From assembly GCF_008692845.1 (NCBI RefSeq), contig NZ_VXJW01000005.1, positions 262,165-286,164 on the forward strand: a stretch of 24,000 bases of DNA, given 5' to 3'. Shown here piece by piece: positions 1 to 11,459 of this stretch. Source of the DNA: Salmonella enterica subsp. arizonae (GTDB lineage Bacteria; Pseudomonadota; Gammaproteobacteria; Enterobacterales; Enterobacteriaceae). A program made the position numbers and the translations under genes. The stretch's first letter is position 1; each line of letters begins with the position of its first letter. A model generated the notes under the pieces. The model was given only the letters and a program-made list of their open reading frames with translations, ran no database searches and was not told the DNA's origin.

Positions 1-82
1 TTGCGGATGTCGGTCAGCAGCTCGTCATAGTTCTTATAGTCCCGTCCGTCGGCTTTCCGTACCGGATAACGAATGTTTATCA
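1..82 (-). CDS. 5' end of an unidentified ORF running off the left edge (MINIRYPVRKADGRDYKNYDELLTDIR...)
   Basis: A minus-strand ATG at 80-82 opens a frame that stays open to position 1. Only 27 codons are visible, the upstream purine stretch (aaagaaag) is weak, and I recognise no family. It could instead be a further piece of the decayed ATPase at 151-333. Confidence 0.25.
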
Positions 83-150
83 TCTTTCTTTAAGTGAAAT
101 CCCTCAAAACCATAATCATCGTAGGGAGTTAAGACGAAGGGGAGTAAAAT

Positions 151-333
151 TTATGCAGATTTTATTACTGAGGTATTTACCAAAGTAGACTTCCCAACGC
201 CGTTGGGCTGCTTCGATTTTACTATTAGTGCAAGTTTTCGAACGGCTGAGTACGGATTCTTTATAAAACAATATGTTATCTTCTTAGCGTACGTTTTCGT
301 TCCATTGGCCCTCAAACTCCTAATAATGCGGAA
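151..333 (-). pseudogene. N-terminal fragment of a P-loop (SMC-head / AAA_15 / OLD-like) ATPase, read in frame as the tail of the DUF2950 ORF
   Basis: The minus-strand translation is KKITYCFIKNPYSAVRKLALIVKSKQPNGVGKSTLVNTSVIKSA*. It has the I-x-I-K-N-x-x-S motif followed about 20 aa later by Walker A (GxGKST), as in the first ~45 aa of this ATPase class. It stops 10 codons after GKST and has no own start codon. My hand count for 83-333 is about 38% G+C, against clearly GC-rich sequence from 334 onward. Confidence 0.35.
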
Positions 334-924
334 ATGGTAGCCGTGATAACCCTCGTCTGGCGCTGCGGGGCTAAAGTTTGGACCTAACGGACTGGGGGCC
401 TCGCCTGCTTTCATCGGCCAGTACAGGCCATCTTTTTTACCTTCGCTACTGATTATCCTGTGCGCCCAACGGTGATTTTGCAGGTAATAGTCCTGTTGCG
501 CATCAACGTAAGTGTGCATGGCCTGTAAGGTAGAAAGTTCATTTCGCCCAATAGCGCGGGTGAGGATCTCATCCTGGGCTGCCGCCATATCAAAGCGCCA
601 GCCGCCAGCCTCTTTCACCATCGGTACCGGGAGCTGCCAGTCTTCTCGTCCGACATTCAGGTGCGCCGTATTATCTTTTTGTACAATGCGGTGACCTTCG
701 CGCCAGTCACGATTGAAGCGGGCCACGGCCTCTGGATCGGCGCCTTCTGGCGGCAGAAATTGCCGCCAGTCATCGCCCAGTAGCGCGGTAAGCTGTGTTT
801 CGTTCTTTCCGGCTACCGCCGCGGCGAAGGCGCTGGCGGCCGCTTCCGGGGAGGGGAACCGTTCCTGCGCGTAGCCCAGCAAGGGGAGCGACAGTAACAG
901 AGCGCTTAACATAACCTTTTTCAT
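151..924 (-). CDS. DUF2950-family secreted protein, apparently 3'-truncated and chimeric (genuine DUF2950 part about 334-924)
   Basis: The 257-aa ORF has a signal peptide (MKKVMLSALLLSLPLLGYAQE). The DUF2950-like body runs up to GYHGYHFRII. After that the usual continuation as I recall it (QG..APGGA..Y...G.M..GFA..A.PA.YG.SGVM.F.V) is absent and unrelated AT-rich sequence follows. It lies 13 nt downstream of the DUF3300 gene, which is the usual partner. Confidence 0.65.
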   Translation of the reverse strand: MKKVMLSALLLSLPLLGYAQERFPSPEAAASAFAAAVAGKNETQLTALLGDDWRQFLPPEGADPEAVARFNRDWREGHRIVQKDNTAHLNVGREDWQLPVPMVKEAGGWRFDMAAAQDEILTRAIGRNELSTLQAMHTYVDAQQDYYLQNHRWAHRIISSEGKKDGLYWPMKAGEAPSPLGPNFSPAAPDEGYHGYHFRIIRSLRANGTKTYAKKITYCFIKNPYSAVRKLALIVKSKQPNGVGKSTLVNTSVIKSA

Positions 925-936
925 TATCTGCTCCGG

Positions 937-2517
937 TTAACGGCGATGAAATTCATGGTGTTCAGAAAAATGTTCCCGCACGGCGGCGCGTTGCTCGGTG
1001 TTTAAGTGACTGCCGCGACGGCTTTCCTGGCCGCGTAACTGTTGCGATTGCCAGGACGGCGATCGACTGTCGTTCCCGCTAAACACATTGGCGTGCATAT
1101 GCTGGCGAAATGCCTGACGCTGTTGCGGCGTAGAGGACGCGATCCGCTGATGCGCCGCGTTACGCTGTTGCTGCGATAAGGGGGGCTGCTGTGTCTGGGA
1201 TTTCAGCGTCGCGCTATGGTGCTGTGCCGTCTGCCTCCGCGCGCTGTCATGCTGATTGTCATAACCGCGATAATTATTACGCCGGGCTATCTCATTTAAC
1301 TGTTGAGAGGCTGCCTTACGCTGAGCATCGCGAGCGCTTGCCGCTGGCAGCGAGGCGTCCGCTGTATGGCTGCGCTGTTGGAATTGCGCCATAGCCGTCT
1401 GGCGCTGGTTATCGCGAGATACCGGCGCTTGCCCGCCGATAACGCTGGTGGGATGGAATCGCTGCGCGACGGTACTATTGGGATAGGGTACGGCGTTGCG
1501 CCAGCCGGGATTATGCTGCCAACCCATCGTTTGGCCGGGCAGGTTTTGCCCAGATATCCGGTTGAAATTATTGACATTAATGTTGATATTGTCGCCATTG
1601 TGTTGATAACCGTTACCGCCATGCCGGTAATCATCGTCATGATGATAGTCGTCGTCATGGTGGTGATGGTCGTCGTCGTCCCAGTCTATGCTGCTGAACA
1701 AGGCATAGGTGGTGGCGACGCCCAGACTATAACCAAAACCTTTAACAAAACTATCGGCAAACTGCTGCCCCGGAGGGGGCGGTAAATACACCGGCGGATA
1801 AGCGGTATTGGGCCAGGCGCCATACACCGTCGCGGGATTATAGTTCGGCACGTACACCACCTGCGGATTTGCGGGTTCAATTTTGATGACGGTCGAAGAT
1901 GCCGCTGGCGTACTGGCGGATGTGGTGGTTGTCGTTGTGACGGCGGTAGAAGCGCTGGACTTCGGCACGCTGGTGACGGTTTGCTGCGGCGTCGATTTTA
2001 GCGAACCGGTTTGTTGAGCCAGCAGACGCAGCCTTTGCACCGCATCCATTACATCCTGCGGCTGGGCTAAGAACGCATCGCCCAGGTTTTGCACCCATTG
2101 CGGATTCTCGCCCATAAGCGCCATCAACTGGGGAAAGGCGACCAGCGATTTTACGCTGGGGTCCCAGGGTTGGCTGGCCACCGCCTGAATAGCGGCATCG
2201 CCCTGCAGTGTGGGGTTATCTCGCGACCACTGAACGGCCTGAACCACGTTCGCCGGGTAGGTGGAGGCCATGAGCACCTGCGAAAGCAGGGAATCGGGAT
2301 AAAGCGCGACAGGCGCGACCCATTGATCGATTTGCGCAGTGGTAAAGGTCGTTTTCGCGACAGGCGCGGGGACGGATGCCTGCATTTTTTCAGGGGCGGG
2401 AACCGTCGCCTGCGCGGGCGCTTCGGGGGCGCGGCTTTTAACATACAGTACGCCCGAAGCGGCAAATAACCCGGCACTGCACACAAGGGCAATGAGGGGT
2501 TTAAAGGGCAACGTCAT
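937..2517 (-). CDS. yacH: DUF3300-family protein (YacH-like), signal/anchor N-terminus, low-complexity C-terminal half
   Basis: This is a 526-aa ORF. The block FTTAQIDQWVAPVALYPDSLLSQVLMASTYP...WDPSVKSLVAFPQLM...LGDAFLAQPQDVMDAVQRLR matches the DUF3300 signature. Its position divergent from acnB is the same as E. coli yacH. Confidence 0.8.
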   Translation of the reverse strand: MTLPFKPLIALVCSAGLFAASGVLYVKSRAPEAPAQATVPAPEKMQASVPAPVAKTTFTTAQIDQWVAPVALYPDSLLSQVLMASTYPANVVQAVQWSRDNPTLQGDAAIQAVASQPWDPSVKSLVAFPQLMALMGENPQWVQNLGDAFLAQPQDVMDAVQRLRLLAQQTGSLKSTPQQTVTSVPKSSASTAVTTTTTTSASTPAASSTVIKIEPANPQVVYVPNYNPATVYGAWPNTAYPPVYLPPPPGQQFADSFVKGFGYSLGVATTYALFSSIDWDDDDHHHHDDDYHHDDDYRHGGNGYQHNGDNININVNNFNRISGQNLPGQTMGWQHNPGWRNAVPYPNSTVAQRFHPTSVIGGQAPVSRDNQRQTAMAQFQQRSHTADASLPAASARDAQRKAASQQLNEIARRNNYRGYDNQHDSARRQTAQHHSATLKSQTQQPPLSQQQRNAAHQRIASSTPQQRQAFRQHMHANVFSGNDSRSPSWQSQQLRGQESRRGSHLNTEQRAAVREHFSEHHEFHRR

Positions 2518-2908
2518 TTTATCTCTCCCGATTCCAGGGAATCGCTATGGTCATTATGCCTGCCGCTGATGGGGTGCAGTGTTGCGTGAGTATAAAGGGA
2601 CGATAGTTTAATTTTTAGCTAATGTTGGGATCGGTAACGCGATGTGATGATCAAAGCACGAAATGAGATAAGCATTTACAGTAGCCGCTACCGCCTCAGC
2701 GGAGCATTAGACTATCCTTAACGATTCAGCCACTTTTTTATGTTGCTTTTTTGTAAACAGATTAACACCCTACTAAAATCCTGCTATTCTGCCCGTTGCG
2801 GTACCCGGGCATTTACCCTACTAACTGCTGTCTCACAGGAGCGTGAAGAGAATCGCCCATACACAAAGCATATGCCGCACTATGACAATGAGAGCGAGGA
2901 GAACCGTC

Positions 2909-5506
2909 GTGCTAGAAGAATACCGTAAGCACGTAGCTGAACGTGCCGCCGAGGGGATTGTGCCCAAACCTTTAGATGCAACCCAAATGGCCGCGCTTGT
3001 CGAGCTGCTGAAAAACCCGCCCGCGGGCGAAGAAGAGTTCCTGTTAGACCTGTTAACCCACCGTGTTCCCCCTGGCGTCGATGAAGCCGCCTATGTTAAA
3101 GCTGGCTTCCTTGCCGCCGTCGCGAAAGGCGAAACGACGTCTCCGTTAATCGCCCCTGAGAAAGCCATCGAACTGCTCGGCACCATGCAGGGCGGTTACA
3201 ACATTCACCCGCTCATTGATGCGCTGGATGACGCTAAACTGGCGCCAATCGCAGCGAAAGCGTTGTCTCACACCCTGCTGATGTTCGATAATTTCTACGA
3301 TGTCGAAGAAAAAGCCAAAGCGGGCAACGGTTATGCGCAGCAGGTGATGCAATCCTGGGCCGATGCCGAATGGTTCCTGAGCCGTCCGCCGTTGGCGGAA
3401 AAAATAACTGTCACCGTTTTCAAAGTGACCGGCGAAACGAATACCGACGATCTCTCTCCGGCGCCGGATGCGTGGTCGAGACCGGATATCCCGTTACATG
3501 CGCAGGCGATGTTGAAAAACGCCCGTGAAGGCATTGATCCGGATCAGCCAGGCATTGTCGGCCCCATCAAACAGATTGAGGCATTAGCGAAAAAAGGCTT
3601 CCCGCTGGCTTACGTTGGCGATGTGGTGGGTACCGGTTCTTCCCGTAAATCCGCGACCAACTCCGTGCTGTGGTTTATGGGCGACGATATTCCGTTTGTG
3701 CCGAACAAGCGCGGCGGCGGTCTGTGCCTTGGCGGCAAAATCGCGCCTATCTTCTTTAACACTATGGAAGATGCGGGCGCGCTGCCAATCGAAGTGGATG
3801 TGTCTAACCTGAACATGGGCGATGTGATTGACGTCTACCCGTACAAAGGCGAAGTGCGCAACCATGAAACCGATGAACTGCTGGCAACCTTCGAACTGAA
3901 AACCGACGTGCTGATCGACGAAGTGCGTGCCGGTGGTCGTATTCCGCTGATTATCGGCCGTGGCCTGACCACCAAAGCGCGTGAAGCGCTGGGGCTGCCG
4001 CACTCAGACGTTTTCCGTCAGGCAAAAGACGTGGCGGAAAGCAGCCGTGGCTTCTCGCTGGCGCAGAAAATGGTCGGTCGCGCCTGCGGCGTGAAAGGTA
4101 TCCGTCCGGGCGCGTACTGCGAACCGAAGATGACCTCCGTCGGTTCTCAGGATACGACCGGCCCGATGACCCGCGATGAGCTGAAAGACCTGGCCTGTCT
4201 GGGATTCTCCGCCGATCTGGTCATGCAGTCGTTCTGTCACACCGCAGCCTATCCTAAGCCGGTTGACGTCACCACGCACCATACCTTACCGGATTTCATT
4301 ATGAACCGCGGCGGCGTGTCGCTGCGCCCGGGCGACGGCGTGATCCACTCCTGGCTGAACCGTATGCTGCTGCCGGATACCGTGGGCACTGGCGGCGATT
4401 CCCACACCCGTTTCCCGATCGGCATCTCCTTCCCGGCGGGATCGGGTCTGGTGGCGTTTGCCGCCGCGACTGGCGTTATGCCGCTGGATATGCCGGAATC
4501 GGTACTGGTACGCTTTAAAGGCAAAATGCAGCCGGGTATTACCCTGCGCGATCTAGTCCACGCCATTCCGCTGTACGCCATCAAACAGGGACTGCTGACC
4601 GTTGAGAAGAAAGGCAAGAAAAACATCTTCTCTGGCCGCATTCTGGAAATTGAAGGTCTGCCGGATCTGAAAGTCGAGCAGGCGTTTGAGCTGACCGATG
4701 CTTCTGCCGAGCGTTCCGCTGCCGGTTGTACTATCAAGCTGAACAAAGAGCCTATCATCGAATACCTGACCTCCAACATCGTCCTGCTGAAATGGATGAT
4801 TGCGGAAGGTTATGGCGATCGCCGCACGCTGGAGCGCCGTATTCAGGGCATGGAAAAATGGTTGGCGGACCCACAACTGCTGGAAGCCGACGCTGACGCG
4901 GAATACGCAGCAGTGATCGACATCGATCTGGCTGACATTAAAGAGCCTATTCTGTGTGCGCCGAACGATCCGGACGATGCGCGTTTGCTGTCTGACGTAC
5001 AGGGCGAGAAGATCGACGAAGTATTCATCGGTTCCTGCATGACCAACATCGGTCACTTCCGCGCGGCCGGTAAGCTGCTGGATAACCACAAGGGCCAGTT
5101 GCCGACCCGCCTGTGGGTAGCGCCGCCAACCCGTATGGACGCCGCGCAGCTAACGGAAGAAGGCTACTACAGCGTGTTTGGTAAGAGTGGCGCGCGTATC
5201 GAAATTCCGGGATGTTCCCTGTGTATGGGCAATCAGGCGCGTGTGGCTGATGGGGCTACGGTCGTCTCTACCTCAACCCGTAATTTCCCGAACCGTTTAG
5301 GTACCGGTGCGAATGTCTTCCTGGCTTCTGCGGAGCTGGCGGCGGTGGCGGCGCTTATTGGTAAGTTACCGACGCCGGAAGAGTACCAAACCTTTGTGGC
5401 GCAGGTGGATAAAACCGCTGTGGATACCTACCGTTATCTGAATTTCGATCAGCTTTCCCAGTATACCGAGAAAGCCGACGGGGTGATTTTCCAGACTGCG
5501 GTGTAA
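2909..5506 (+). CDS. acnB: Aconitate hydratase B / 2-methylisocitrate dehydratase
   Basis: The ORF 2843-5506 matches E. coli AcnB as I remember it from (V)[15 protein letters not shown] to the C-terminal [13 protein letters not shown] at 2909, 7 nt after AGGAG (2897-2901), gives exactly 865 aa as in E. coli. The Fe-S ligand motifs IGSCMTN and [10 protein letters not shown] are present. Confidence 0.97.
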   Translation: MLEEYRKHVAERAAEGIVPKPLDATQMAALVELLKNPPAGEEEFLLDLLTHRVPPGVDEAAYVKAGFLAAVAKGETTSPLIAPEKAIELLGTMQGGYNIHPLIDALDDAKLAPIAAKALSHTLLMFDNFYDVEEKAKAGNGYAQQVMQSWADAEWFLSRPPLAEKITVTVFKVTGETNTDDLSPAPDAWSRPDIPLHAQAMLKNAREGIDPDQPGIVGPIKQIEALAKKGFPLAYVGDVVGTGSSRKSATNSVLWFMGDDIPFVPNKRGGGLCLGGKIAPIFFNTMEDAGALPIEVDVSNLNMGDVIDVYPYKGEVRNHETDELLATFELKTDVLIDEVRAGGRIPLIIGRGLTTKAREALGLPHSDVFRQAKDVAESSRGFSLAQKMVGRACGVKGIRPGAYCEPKMTSVGSQDTTGPMTRDELKDLACLGFSADLVMQSFCHTAAYPKPVDVTTHHTLPDFIMNRGGVSLRPGDGVIHSWLNRMLLPDTVGTGGDSHTRFPIGISFPAGSGLVAFAAATGVMPLDMPESVLVRFKGKMQPGITLRDLVHAIPLYAIKQGLLTVEKKGKKNIFSGRILEIEGLPDLKVEQAFELTDASAERSAAGCTIKLNKEPIIEYLTSNIVLLKWMIAEGYGDRRTLERRIQGMEKWLADPQLLEADADAEYAAVIDIDLADIKEPILCAPNDPDDARLLSDVQGEKIDEVFIGSCMTNIGHFRAAGKLLDNHKGQLPTRLWVAPPTRMDAAQLTEEGYYSVFGKSGARIEIPGCSLCMGNQARVADGATVVSTSTRNFPNRLGTGANVFLASAELAAVAALIGKLPTPEEYQTFVAQVDKTAVDTYRYLNFDQLSQYTEKADGVIFQTAV

Positions 5507-5544
5507 TTTGACCGCTGGCAGCTACGCTTACCGGGCCTACAAAA

Positions 5545-5571
5545 CCCATCGCAACTGCGGTGGGTTTTTTT
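5545..5571 (+). terminator. Rho-independent terminator of acnB
   Basis: Stem cccatcgc (5545-5552), loop aact, stem gcggtggg (5557-5564, one G-T pair), followed by T7. It begins 39 nt after the acnB stop. Confidence 0.8.
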
Positions 5572-5655
5572 ATTTTCATTCCGCCTGCTGCTCCTGCTTT
5601 TTTTCTTTTCCGGTGCTGCGATAATGATGGTAAGGGCTTTGCAGAGGAACACATT

Positions 5656-6018
5656 ATGGATTACGAATTTCTGCGCGATGTGACCGGACGGGTTTTGGTA
5701 CGTATGTCAATGGGGCACGAAGTGGTCGGCCACTGGTTTAATGAAGAGGTAAAAGAGAACCTGGCCTTACTGGATGAAGTAGAACAAGCCGCGCTTACGG
5801 TCAAAGGCAGTGAACGTTCCTGGCAACGAGCAGGGCATGAATACACGCTCTGGATGGATGGCGAAGAAGTGATGATTCGCGCCAATCAACTGGATTTTTC
5901 CGGCGATGAGATGGAAGAGGGGATGAGTTATTACGATGAAGAGAGTTTATCCCTGTGCGGCGTGGAGGATTTTCTGCGGGTCGTCGTCGCGTACCGCAAT
6001 TTTATGCAGCAGAAATAA
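5656..6018 (+). CDS. yacL: UPF0231 family protein YacL
   Basis: The internal ATG at 5656 of ORF 5560-6018 gives 120 aa, [11 protein letters not shown]...[11 protein letters not shown]. This is near-identical to my memory of E. coli YacL (120 aa). Confidence 0.9.
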   Translation: MDYEFLRDVTGRVLVRMSMGHEVVGHWFNEEVKENLALLDEVEQAALTVKGSERSWQRAGHEYTLWMDGEEVMIRANQLDFSGDEMEEGMSYYDEESLSLCGVEDFLRVVVAYRNFMQQK

Positions 6019-6055
6019 GCGTTGACCACTACAGGTGGGGGAATTCTCCTTGCGG

Positions 6056-6084
6056 AGGAAAAGCCCTGAAGGGTGTGGCATGAT
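6056..6084 (+). promoter_or_regulatory. Weak constitutive lacI promoter (-10 CATGAT at 6079-6084, poor -35)
   Basis: The string gtgtggcatgatagcgc...aattcagggt.ttgaatGTG is colinear with the E. coli lacI promoter/leader (ggtatggcatgatagcgcc...aattcagggtggtgaatGTG) as I recall it. Confidence 0.45.
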
Positions 6085-6117
6085 AGCGCAAGGATAAATG
6101 AATTCAGGGTATTGAAT

Positions 6118-7191
6118 GTGAAACCAGTCACGCTCTACGACGTTGCAAATCATGCCGGTGTTTCCTATCAGACGGTTTCTCGTGTGGTTAATCAGGCCAG
6201 CCACGTTTCGGCGAAAACGCGCGAGAAAGTGGAAGCCGCGATGGCGGAGCTTAATTACATTCCCAACCATGCAGCTCAACAGTTGGCGGGTAAACGCGTC
6301 CCGTTGATTGGTGTCGCGACCGCTAATCTGGCACTACACGCGCCGTCGCAGATTGTCGCCGCCATTAAATCCCGTGCGGATCAGGCGGGAGCCAGCGTGG
6401 TGATTGCGATGGTGGAGCGCAATGGCGTAGAAGCGTGTAAAATCGCAGTTCACAATCTACTGGCGCGGCGTGTTACCGGGATTATTATTAACTTTCCTCT
6501 GGAAGAAGACGCGGCGCTGGAGGTGGTCTCCGCAGCGGGCAACGTGCCGGTACTTTTTCTGGACGTTTCTGAACAGACCCCTGTCAACAGTATTGTTTTT
6601 TCCCACGATGAGGGGGCGAGGCTGGGCGCTGAGCATCTGGTGGCGCATGGGCATCAGCGCATCGCGTTGCTGGCTGGCCCTGCGTCATCCGTCTCTGCGC
6701 GCCTGCGGCTTGCGGACTGGCGTAAGCATCTCCAGCATCGCCAGATTACCCCCGTCGCTGTACTTGAGGGCGACTGGAGCGCGATGTCCGGTTTCCAGCA
6801 AACGCAACAGATGCTGAACAGCGGGATTATCCCAACGGCGATGTTGATCGCTAACGACCAAATGGCGTTGGGTGTCATGCGCGCCATTACCGAATTCGGC
6901 CTGAGAGTGGCGACGGATATTTCCCTTATTGGCTATGACGATACGGAAGACAGTTCCTGCTACATTCCCCCATTGACTACAATCAGACAGGATTTCGCCC
7001 AACTGGGCCGGGGGAGCGTCGATCGTATTTTACAGATTGCCGCAGGCGACTCGGTTTCGCAGAGTCAACGGTTGCCCGTCACGTTGATTGAACGCAAAAC
7101 CGTATGCGCGCCGCAAACCGATCGCGCCTCGCCTCAAGCGTTGGCGGAAGCGTTAATGCAGTTGGCGCGGCAGATTTCACGCTTGTCGTAA
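6118..7191 (+). CDS. lacI: Lactose operon repressor LacI
   Basis: A GTG start at 6118, as in E. coli, gives 357 aa. The HTH is VKPVTLYDVANHAGVSYQTVSRVVNQASHVSAKTREKVEAAMAELNYIPN. The core motifs MLIANDQMALGVMRAI and GYDDTEDSSCYIPPLTTI and the C-terminal Leu heptads (ALAEALMQLARQISRL) are retained. Confidence 0.95.
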   Translation: MKPVTLYDVANHAGVSYQTVSRVVNQASHVSAKTREKVEAAMAELNYIPNHAAQQLAGKRVPLIGVATANLALHAPSQIVAAIKSRADQAGASVVIAMVERNGVEACKIAVHNLLARRVTGIIINFPLEEDAALEVVSAAGNVPVLFLDVSEQTPVNSIVFSHDEGARLGAEHLVAHGHQRIALLAGPASSVSARLRLADWRKHLQHRQITPVAVLEGDWSAMSGFQQTQQMLNSGIIPTAMLIANDQMALGVMRAITEFGLRVATDISLIGYDDTEDSSCYIPPLTTIRQDFAQLGRGSVDRILQIAAGDSVSQSQRLPVTLIERKTVCAPQTDRASPQALAEALMQLARQISRLS

Positions 7192-7230
7192 AGTGTGCTC
7201 TGTATTTGCTGGCTTATCGTGTTAATAACG

Positions 7231-10424
<3,194 letters not shown>

Positions 10425-10434
10425 AATACATCGT

Positions 10435-10460
10435 CGGGCAGATTGATCCTGCCCGTTTTT
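10435..10460 (+). terminator. lacZ-lacY intercistronic hairpin with T5 tail (intrinsic-terminator-like)
   Basis: Stem cgggcag (10435-10441), loop attgatc, stem ctgcccg (10449-10455), then ttttt (10456-10460). It is homologous to the E. coli intercistronic hairpin CCGGGCAGgccatgtCTGCCCGtatttcg. Confidence 0.55.
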
Positions 10461-10477
10461 AATGCAAGGAAATCCAT

Positions 10478-11187
10478 ATGTATTACCTGAAGAATACAAA
10501 TTTCTGGATGTTCAGCTTTTTCTTCTTTTTCTATTTTTTCATTATGGGCGCTTATTTTCCTTTTTTTCCAATCTGGTTACATGATATTAACCATATCAGT
10601 AAAGGGGGGCCGGAATTATTTTGGCCTGTATTTCTCTCTTTTCGCTGCTTTTCCAGCCGGCTTTCGGGCTAATGTCCGATAAGCTTGGTTTACGCAAACA
10701 TTTACTGTAGGTCATTACTGGCATGCTAGTTATGTTTGCCCCGTTCTTTATTTATGTTTTTGGGCCGCTGTTACAGTTTAATATTCTACTGGGCTCCATC
10801 GTCGGTGGGGTCTATCTTGGATTTATCTACAATGCTGGTGCTCCGGCGATTGAAGCCTATATCGAAAAAGCGAACCGACGCAGCCATTTTGAATTTGGCC
10901 GTGCGCGTATGTTCGGCTGTGGAGGCTGGGCGCTCTGCGCTTCCATGGTTGGCGTGATGTTTACCATTAATAATGAGTTTGTCTTTTGGCTGGGGTCGGG
11001 ATGTGCGTTGATCCTTGCGCTGCTGCTCTTTTTCTCTCGTACCGACTCTAGTTCATCAGCCGTAGTCGCGGATGCGCCAGGAGCCAATTCATCGCCGTTT
11101 AGCCTGAAGCTGGCGCTGGAACTGTTTAAACAGCCTAAACTGTGGTTCCTGTCGCTATATGTGGTGGGCGTCTCTTGTACCCACGTA
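10478..11187 (+). pseudogene. lacY: Lactose permease lacY pseudogene (frameshift, nonsense codon, 3' deletion)
   Basis: The ORF fragments 10478-10672 and 10723-11238 match E. coli LacY residues 1 to ~42 ([12 protein letters not shown]...HDINHISK) and ~83-235 (MLVMFAPFF...[10 protein letters not shown]). Between them, the third reading frame reads [36 protein letters not shown]. The lesions are a -1 frameshift at or next to the G6 run (10604-10609), TAG at 10708-10710 where E. coli has Trp, and loss of homology after ACC at 11179-11181. Confidence 0.93.
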
Positions 11188-11404
11188 GGGCGAAATGTTC
11201 TCTTTTCCCGTTACGATTGGCAGCCAGGTCGTGATTAATCCCGGCGTAACGATTGGTGATAATTCGGTAATTGGTGCCGGTAGCGTCGTAACAAAAGATA
11301 TTCCGCCAGATGTGGTCGCCGCTGGGGTTCCCTGTCGTGTACTACGTAAAATTACGCAGCGGGATAAGGAATATTATTATCGTGATTTAAAAATCGGACC
11401 CTGA
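11188..11404 (+). pseudogene. lacA: 3' remnant of galactoside O-acetyltransferase lacA (about the last 71 codons)
   Basis: The frame [66 protein letters not shown] matches E. coli LacA from about residue 125 to the C-terminus, except that one hexapeptide turn (NNVWIG, 18 bp) is missing. The first ~124 codons are absent, and an in-frame TAG sits just upstream of the retained part. Confidence 0.88.
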
Positions 11405-11427
11405 CTCTATTTTTGGGCTTTTGCAGC

Positions 11428-11452
11428 AAAAACCGGAGCTTCCTTGCTCCGG
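11428..11452 (-). terminator. Rho-independent terminator of speD
   Basis: The perfect 7-bp stem ccggagc/gctccgg (11433-11439 / 11446-11452) has a 6-nt loop. On the minus strand it is followed by TTTTT (11428-11432). It begins 8 nt after the speD stop. Confidence 0.8.
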
Positions 11453-11459
11453 TATTAAT

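Noticed and set aside
2843-2908. Upstream-extended ORF starts from the six-frame track: acnB 2843, yacL 5560, lacI 6073, lacZ 7329, yacC 13749, cueO 13710, gcd 18010, hpt 18123, can 19524.
   Set aside because: In each case an internal start reproduces the length and N-terminus of the E. coli protein as I recall it. Several internal starts also have a better Shine-Dalgarno sequence, for example AGGAG before the acnB GTG and AAGGAA before the cueO ATG. The extensions run through promoter or terminator sequence.
10604-10609. The G6 homopolymer in lacY as a phase-variable (slipped-strand) on/off switch.
   Set aside because: Restoring the frame would still leave the TAG at 10708 and the loss of the C-terminal ~180 codons, so no reversible switch is possible. 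A G6 run is also short for contingency loci.
10478-11404. The ORFs 10478-10672 (64 aa), 10723-11238 (171 aa) and 11195-11404 (69 aa) treated as three independent small genes.
   Set aside because: They are colinear fragments of lacY and lacA separated by a frameshift, a nonsense codon and a deletion. They are annotated as pseudogene pieces instead.
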